From an uncultured Clostridia bacterium (GTDB lineage Bacteria; Bacillota; Clostridia; Christensenellales; CAAEEZ01), in contig CAKRNA010000003.1 of the NCBI GenBank assembly GCA_934365195.1, forward strand, positions 183,804-247,803: a stretch of DNA of 64,000 bases, in the 5' to 3' direction. Positions within the stretch are counted from its first letter, which is position 1, and the number at the start of each line of letters is the position of its first letter. The notes beneath the pieces are model-generated. The model was not told the DNA's origin. It made no database searches and worked only from the letters and a program-made list of their open reading frames with translations. Positions 58,850 to 64,000 of the stretch are shown piece after piece. The position numbers and the translations under genes are program-made.

Positions 58850-60331
58850 TCAGCCGTAATTTCTACTAAGTTTGCGGTAATAGTACAGTTTATCGCCAAG
58901 TTTTAGAGGCTCGGTTAGGCTTGGATTTTGCCTTTCCAGTTCCTCAGGCGTAGTAAGTAAAGTTTTTGCCACCTCGAAAAAGGTTTTCGGCTTGTCGATA
59001 ACGATTATGCTTATTGCGTTTTCCTTAGCCTCTATTACCCCCGTTTCCTCAGCCTCTGTCACCGCTTCTAATTCTTGAATATTGCGTTTTTCGTAACAGA
59101 ATTTTATTGTGGTATCGATTACGATTTCGTTGTCGCTCTTTTTCCTTGCCGTAATTTCGACCACTTTGCCCGTTATCATATTTAGGTCGGTTAGCGCTTC
59201 ATCCACTTCTTTTTCGTACGGGCTTTCTATATTTATAGAGCATACGTTGTTTTCCTGCTTATATAGTAAACAAGCGGTAACAACGCCCCTAATCACGCTA
59301 ATTCGCCCGTCGTAACTCACGCCGGACACAACGTTTTTAGGGCAAATCACACCTATAATTTCCTTGCTTTCGGCATCGTCTATTTTGCTTTCGCCGGTTA
59401 TTCTTTCGGTAAAACAGCCGTAACCTATAAAGTTAGTTGCCTCGACTTTCTCTTTTTTTAATTCTAATTTATTGCACATAGAGTACATATCGCTAACTAC
59501 TTCCACTTCAAGCGGCTTGAACACAACAACCCTTAATCCTGCGCAAATTCTTAGTCTCAAACACTCCTCGCCCTCTTTCGCTATCACCTTTGTGCTCTCA
59601 ACGTACGCCTTTGCGTAAGCGCTACAACTTTCGTCGCACGCACCCTCGATTTCTTCGTTAAAAGGCAGTATAAAGCGCCTTGTTGCCACGTTGTTTCCCT
59701 CTTTATAGGTAGCCGTCACGTAGCACTCGCCACTTGCGGTGATTTTGTTAGCGTCGCACTTTGTTTCGATAAGCAGAATATTGCTGTCTAGGGCTATAAT
59801 TTCGTCGAATTTACATGCGTTTTCCTCCTCTATCGTAAAGGAATTTACAAGCGTGGTCACGTAGTTATCCACCACCGCTTTTTCCGTTTTACAATAACAT
59901 TCCTCGCCTGTCGGCGCTAGCACCCTTATAGGATTTTCGTAGATTTTGTACGCCTTCACCCTAATATTTGAGGATAGCCTTACAATATCCATACCGCTAC
60001 TTGTCACGCTAACCACGTCGCAATCCACTATGATTTTGTCGGTTTCTAAGATTTTGTCCGAACTAATCGACTCGGCAAAATCGCACGAATAACTAAGTGC
60101 TTTCACCTCGTCCTCTTGGTTTACGTAACTTAAACGGTAGTTAATTTTGCCCGTAAATTTCACTTCTTTGCCTATCACGTCGTACCCGTCCACAATGCCC
60201 ACGCCGTCTAGGTGTAGTATCCTTTTTACGTCGTCGTAAGTTAAATCATTCACCCTGCACTCCACGGCAAACTGCTTATTTTCAACAAGGCAAATCCCCT
60301 CGCCGCTTAATTGTTGGTACTGAAATTCCAT
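58850..60331 (-). CDS. SipL/SpoVID-like spore morphogenetic protein candidate (DUF3794/SPOCS-type repeats with a C-terminal LysM-like domain)
   Basis: 493 aa. The C-terminus FEVAKTLLTTPEELERQNPSLTEPLKLGDKLYY resembles LysM. Placement next to ispE matches my recollection of sipL in Clostridioides. Confidence 0.5.
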   Translation of the reverse strand: MEFQYQQLSGEGICLVENKQFAVECRVNDLTYDDVKRILHLDGVGIVDGYDVIGKEVKFTGKINYRLSYVNQEDEVKALSYSCDFAESISSDKILETDKIIVDCDVVSVTSSGMDIVRLSSNIRVKAYKIYENPIRVLAPTGEECYCKTEKAVVDNYVTTLVNSFTIEEENACKFDEIIALDSNILLIETKCDANKITASGECYVTATYKEGNNVATRRFILPFNEEIEGACDESCSAYAKAYVESTKVIAKEGEECLRLRICAGLRVVVFKPLEVEVVSDMYSMCNKLELKKEKVEATNFIGYGCFTERITGESKIDDAESKEIIGVICPKNVVSGVSYDGRISVIRGVVTACLLYKQENNVCSINIESPYEKEVDEALTDLNMITGKVVEITARKKSDNEIVIDTTIKFCYEKRNIQELEAVTEAEETGVIEAKENAISIIVIDKPKTFFEVAKTLLTTPEELERQNPSLTEPLKLGDKLYYYRKLSRNYG

Positions 60332-60903
60332 ACTTTAATCCTCCTATAACTCGTATCCTTATATGTTTATTAGAGGATAATTCTTTTTATGCCAAAAATA
60401 AAAATAAAATTGAGCGCTATTAGGCTTAGACTAATTTACCCCAAAACCTCGCCAAAACCCGCCATTATTCTAGATTATATATTTATATATACAAAATACT
60501 ATATAATCGCTATGTAGCGAATTTTTGCACGATACTGCAAGTGTTTTGATTGCCCAAAAAGATATACCGCATTTTCTAAACGCCTATAACCGCTTTTATT
60601 TAATTAAACGCTACCGAAAATACTTAAAATAACGTATAGCAATTAAATTGCCGCTTACTAAAATTTTTTAGTGATTAAACCAACACCACCAAAAACGCAA
60701 GTTCGTTGCAAATCAAAAAAATTTATATAAACAATATATATGAACAATAATTATAGTAGGCAATAAAATAATGATTATACAACAATTAAAACAACTATTT
60801 ATTCAAAAATGCCGTAATCAATAAAAAATACTACTACAAGCAATATAATAATGCTTAACAAGTAGTATCGGGAAAACACGGCTTTGTACTGATTTTAGCC
60901 AAC

Positions 60904-60928
60904 AAAAAAAGGGCTTAGTAGCCCTTTT
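60904..60928 (-). terminator. intrinsic terminator of the zinc-ribbon gene
   Basis: AAAGGGCT-ACTA-AGCCCTTT followed by a T run on the minus strand. Confidence 0.8.
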
Positions 60929-60931
60929 GTT

Positions 60932-61282
60932 TTATTCTTCTTCCTCTTCGTCCTCGTCGAACTCGTCCTCTTCCATTTTGTCAAGACTTAGTTCGCTGTC
61001 GTCGTCAATTCCTAAGTCCTCGTCCTCCTTAGACCAGTCGTCATCTTTCTCTTCGCTTTCCTCCCTAGCAATCTTAGTACGACACTCGTCGCACATATCT
61101 TGACCGACAGGAATATAGTTATCTTTACAAATTGGGCATGGAACTAAATCCTCTTCGTACTCGTCCTCGTCGATAAGTTCGATTCCTCCCATTTTAAGTT
61201 CGGCTTTACATACGTCGCAAAGTTCCTCACCTTCCAAAATATAATTCAGTTCACAACGTGGGCATTTAATATATTTAGCCAT
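60932..61282 (-). CDS. small protein with two CPxC..CDxC zinc-ribbon motifs and a strongly acidic tail
   Basis: 116 aa with CPRC...CDVC and CPIC...CDEC. The last 45 residues or so are mostly D/E. AGGAGAG lies 9 nt upstream. Confidence 0.7.
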   Translation of the reverse strand: MAKYIKCPRCELNYILEGEELCDVCKAELKMGGIELIDEDEYEEDLVPCPICKDNYIPVGQDMCDECRTKIAREESEEKDDDWSKEDEDLGIDDDSELSLDKMEEDEFDEDEEEEE

Positions 61283-61405
61283 AATAAAACTCTCCTAATA
61301 AATAACTGGTTATATTATATTTACTAAACGCTATATTGTAAACTAATTTACGATACTTTTTTCATATTTTTTAATATTTATTCAATATATCGCATATTTT
61401 CAGGT

Positions 61406-62170
61406 TTAAGCCCCTTCGATTAGCATTTTATCGGCAACCAAAGCGATAAACTCGCCGTTTGTTGGCTTGTCGTTTGCAGAGTACACCTTAATTCCAAAGA
61501 TTTGGTTTATATTCTCTATTTTTCCCCTGTTCCAAGCCACTTCGATTGCGTGCCTAATTGCCCTTTCCACCTTGCTTGCCGTCGTTTCAAACTTCTCTGC
61601 TATGGACGGGTACAATTTTTTGGTAATGGAATTGATTATTTCGGGGCTATCCACCGCCATTTTTATTGCCTCACGCAAAAATTGATAGCCTTTAATGTGC
61701 GCAGGTATTCCCACCGATATAAAGATATTTGCAATCTTTTCGTCTAGTGCGTTTTTGGTTGGCTTTGCAACCTCCTCCATCACCACTTCTTGCGAGCCCT
61801 TTTCAAACTCTATCAGCCTTTCCCTTAGGCTTGAAGTTACAAACGGCTTTGCGATAAAGTAATCCGCACCGTACTTGATTGCCTTACTAATAAAGCCGTC
61901 GCTAGCAAGTTGCGACATAATAATCACCGTGGTTTTACTTCTGTCCAGTTTGTACTTTATCTCGCTAAGCACTCCAAATCCGTCAAGTTCGGGCATTACG
62001 ATATCTAGTAATACGTAATCAGGGTTTAGGGTTTCTATTTTGTTTATGGCGTCTAATCCGTCGTTTGCTACTGCTACCACCTCAAAGTCTTTATCGTTAG
62101 AAAAAAAATCGGTTAATTCTTTAGTAAGCGTCAAACTATCGTCAACAATAATTATAGTCTTTTTTGCCAT
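61406..62170 (-). CDS. spo0A: sporulation master response regulator Spo0A
   Basis: Receiver domain (DD..D..K) and the signature Spo0A C-terminal domain GIPAHIKGYQFLREAI...SKVERAIRHAIEVAW. Confidence 0.95.
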   Translation of the reverse strand: MAKKTIIIVDDSLTLTKELTDFFSNDKDFEVVAVANDGLDAINKIETLNPDYVLLDIVMPELDGFGVLSEIKYKLDRSKTTVIIMSQLASDGFISKAIKYGADYFIAKPFVTSSLRERLIEFEKGSQEVVMEEVAKPTKNALDEKIANIFISVGIPAHIKGYQFLREAIKMAVDSPEIINSITKKLYPSIAEKFETTASKVERAIRHAIEVAWNRGKIENINQIFGIKVYSANDKPTNGEFIALVADKMLIEGA

Positions 62171-62199
62171 AACGTCCTCCGTATTTTTAATTCCATTAA

Positions 62200-62284
62200 A
62201 TTATAACAAAAAATTCGAACAAATTTTCGAACATATTGCGGAAAATAAGCATTATTTTGTAATGTTTTGTCGAATTTTATCGAA
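62200..62284 (-). promoter_or_regulatory. spo0A control region: extended -10 promoter and 0A-box motifs
   Basis: Minus strand TGTTATAAT (62200-62208). TTCGAAC repeats at 62214-62220 and 62226-62232. Exact TGTCGAA (62268-62274) and TATCGAA (62278-62284), 10 bp apart on the plus strand. Confidence 0.5.
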
Positions 62285-62342
62285 TTTGAAAAAACTATTT
62301 ATTAAAAAGTTAGTATTTTTCTTCTAAACAAAATTTTCCACG

Positions 62343-62373
62343 AAAAAAGAGGAAGTTGCCTTCCTCTTTTTTT
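62343..62373. terminator. bidirectional intrinsic terminator after the lipoprotein gene
   Basis: AAGAGGAAG-TTGC-CTTCCTCTT flanked by A and T runs. Confidence 0.85.
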
Positions 62374-62388
62374 ATATTGAAAATCATA

Positions 62389-63858
62389 TTATTTCTTTTC
62401 TTCTTCTTTCTTCAAAGCGTTGCTATCGGCGGTGGTCATTTTACCAACAAGTTCAGGATTTACCTTGCTGCTGCCCTCCTCTAATTCTTCGGTAGTGTTC
62501 ACTTTGGTTACGTTAATTCTGTAAACGTAGTCCTTCTTTGCAGAGTAGTCAAAGTAGAAGTAGTCGCCGATAAACTCGTTTCCGAATAGGTTAGCGCTAA
62601 TAGTACCGTCGTAAATTTTTTCAGGTGCTTCGATACTGATAACGCCGTTTCTTTCAACTACGACTTTGTACATACTGGTAGACTTGGTGTAGTACATCAT
62701 TACCACGTCGTCCTCGCCTGCCTTTTCCTTTCTAAATTGAACTAGCGTGCCGTCAAACACTCCGCTTTCACCGATATAAGTTAGCGGCTCTTTTGTGCCT
62801 GCTTTATATAGGTAAATGGTTTTGTCGCTTACCTCGATTACGCTATCTGCCGTGTACGGAGTAAAACTTGAAATAGTAGAACTATAAATAAGTTTTTCGT
62901 TTGCTTTATTAAACGCCGTGCCGTCGGTTTTCTTTAAGTCCTCAACCTTGAAGGTGTAAGAATAGGTTTTTTCTTGTAGTTGACCGTTTACGGCGTCCTT
63001 TCTGGTGTAATAAATAGTGATATTTTCGCCCTCTACCAAGTAGTTTTTAATGGTGGTAGTGTAGCCGTTAGTCGTGTAGTCGCTGCCCTCGAAAGTAGTA
63101 GCCTTGCCAAAAATATCTATTTGGCTAGAACCGTCGCACTTAACGGCGCAAAGCATATTGTTTTTAGCACCGTCTTTGCTCTCGTCCTCGGTAAGCCTTC
63201 TGGTGTAGAATACATAATCAGATGCGTACTCCTTGCCTTTTTCAAAGTACTCGGTTTTTGGAATTACAATGCCCGTAACCTCTTTTATCGTTTTAACGGT
63301 TGGCAAACCGTCTTCCATTTTGCAAATGGTGATAGTGTTGTCTTTGTAGTAGGTCAAGTAGCCGTTTATAAACTTGTATTGAAAATCAAGACCTTTAATA
63401 GTGCCAAGTTTTTTCGTGCCGGTGCCGTCAAGGTTAACTCTCATAACGTCAAGCCTATCGTTAAGAAGTTTGTCGTTTTTATCCACCTCGTTGTTTGGCG
63501 TCATGTAGTAAATAGAGCCGCCAAAGATATAAAAACCTGAGTTAGCGCCCTTGCTGTACACGTTCTTTGGTACGATGGTTACAAAGTCACTCAAACTGCC
63601 GTCAGCACCTATCGTAGCCCTAACGATAGCGCCCTTTAACACCTCGCCAAACTTGTTCGATGCTTTCTCGTCGGTTTTGCCGTTTACAAAGTACAATTTG
63701 TCGCCTTGTTTCACCACTTGACCGCCGTTGCTCTCGGTAGGTGCGTTAGGATTACCCCCGGGTACTGCCTTAAAATCATAGTTATTGCTACATGCGGTAA
63801 GCGAAAATACCATAACCGCTATGCAAAGTATTAGTAGAATATATTTTTTGATTTTCAA
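62389..63858 (-). CDS. lipoprotein, probably beta-propeller (DUF5050-like)
   Basis: Signal peptide with lipobox LTAC at residues 20-23. Repeated YY/YF beta-strand motifs. C-terminal Lys/Glu tail. Confidence 0.55.
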   Translation of the reverse strand: MKIKKYILLILCIAVMVFSLTACSNNYDFKAVPGGNPNAPTESNGGQVVKQGDKLYFVNGKTDEKASNKFGEVLKGAIVRATIGADGSLSDFVTIVPKNVYSKGANSGFYIFGGSIYYMTPNNEVDKNDKLLNDRLDVMRVNLDGTGTKKLGTIKGLDFQYKFINGYLTYYKDNTITICKMEDGLPTVKTIKEVTGIVIPKTEYFEKGKEYASDYVFYTRRLTEDESKDGAKNNMLCAVKCDGSSQIDIFGKATTFEGSDYTTNGYTTTIKNYLVEGENITIYYTRKDAVNGQLQEKTYSYTFKVEDLKKTDGTAFNKANEKLIYSSTISSFTPYTADSVIEVSDKTIYLYKAGTKEPLTYIGESGVFDGTLVQFRKEKAGEDDVVMMYYTKSTSMYKVVVERNGVISIEAPEKIYDGTISANLFGNEFIGDYFYFDYSAKKDYVYRINVTKVNTTEELEEGSSKVNPELVGKMTTADSNALKKEEEKK

Positions 63859-64000
63859 CGTTTCTCTCCTAAAACTGTAAATTATATATTAACTTTATTA
63901 TTATATAGTAAAAACAATAATATTGCAATAAGCAATACGAGTAATTTTCACTTTTAAAAAACGATTTTTGCAAAAAATAGCAATTTTAGTCGCTTTAATT

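Noticed and set aside
60389-60517. Small plus-strand ORF (42 aa, MPKIKIKLSAIRLRLIYPKTSPKPAIILDYIFIYTKYYIIAM) in the 600 bp gap upstream of the SipL-like gene. A similar 44-codon minus-strand ORF starts at 5958.
   Set aside because: SD spacing is poor or there is no SD, the composition is that of translated AT-rich spacer, and nothing nearby supports the call.
1-64000. rRNA, tRNA, tmRNA, RNase P, SRP RNA, transposases, integrases and defence systems.
   Set aside because: All the long intergenic regions are AT-rich and lack the GC-rich helices or conserved motifs (such as GGTTCGAATCC) expected of structured RNAs. No ORF shows recombinase, nuclease-helicase or toxin-antitoxin hallmarks.

Overview
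This is a 64 kb chromosomal core segment from a low-GC, endospore-forming Firmicute, Clostridia-like because spo0A, spoIIID and a SipL-like DUF3794+LysM gene are present. About 60 of roughly 65 genes are on the minus strand. Read along the minus strand, from high to low coordinates, the order is as follows. A DUF5050-like lipoprotein, spo0A and an acidic double zinc-ribbon protein come first. Next are the SipL-like gene, ispE, the glycogen cluster glgB-C-D-A-P plus a GH13 enzyme and a GPH/MFS transporter, an MBL/ComEC-like exoprotein and an orphan ProB-like kinase. These are followed by PFOR (plus strand), ecfA1-ecfA2-ecfT-truA, an orphan Cys-rich protein, rplM-rpsI and a three-gene envelope glycan module. 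Then comes the complete S10-spc-alpha ribosomal superoperon (rpsJ to rplQ, including secY, adk, map, infA, rpmJ and rpoA) and spoIIID. After that come ttcA (plus strand), a COG2426 membrane protein, fba (plus strand), an M29 aminopeptidase, a divergent XRE/HtpX-like pair, gap and a VOC-pdxK pair. The segment ends with an aroF-tyrA-aroB-aroA operon that runs off the window. I saw no rRNA, tRNA, CRISPR array, transposase or integrase. The most interesting signals are regulatory or orphan. (1) A Tyr/Phe-rich 26-codon leader peptide with a terminator/antiterminator switch sits in front of the aro operon. (2) Four ATTC-N7-GAAT operators lie between the XRE and M48 genes, one filling the spacer of a consensus promoter. 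(3) A 153-aa protein with 19 cysteines is inserted between truA and rplM. (4) Degenerate 20-23 bp arrays sharing a CACTTAA/ACTTAG core flank spoIIID and fill a 300-nt truA 3' region. (5) The ispE promoter is nested in a hairpin that sequesters its Shine-Dalgarno sequence. All product calls come from reading the supplied translations and from my own translation of unlisted frames. No database search was possible.
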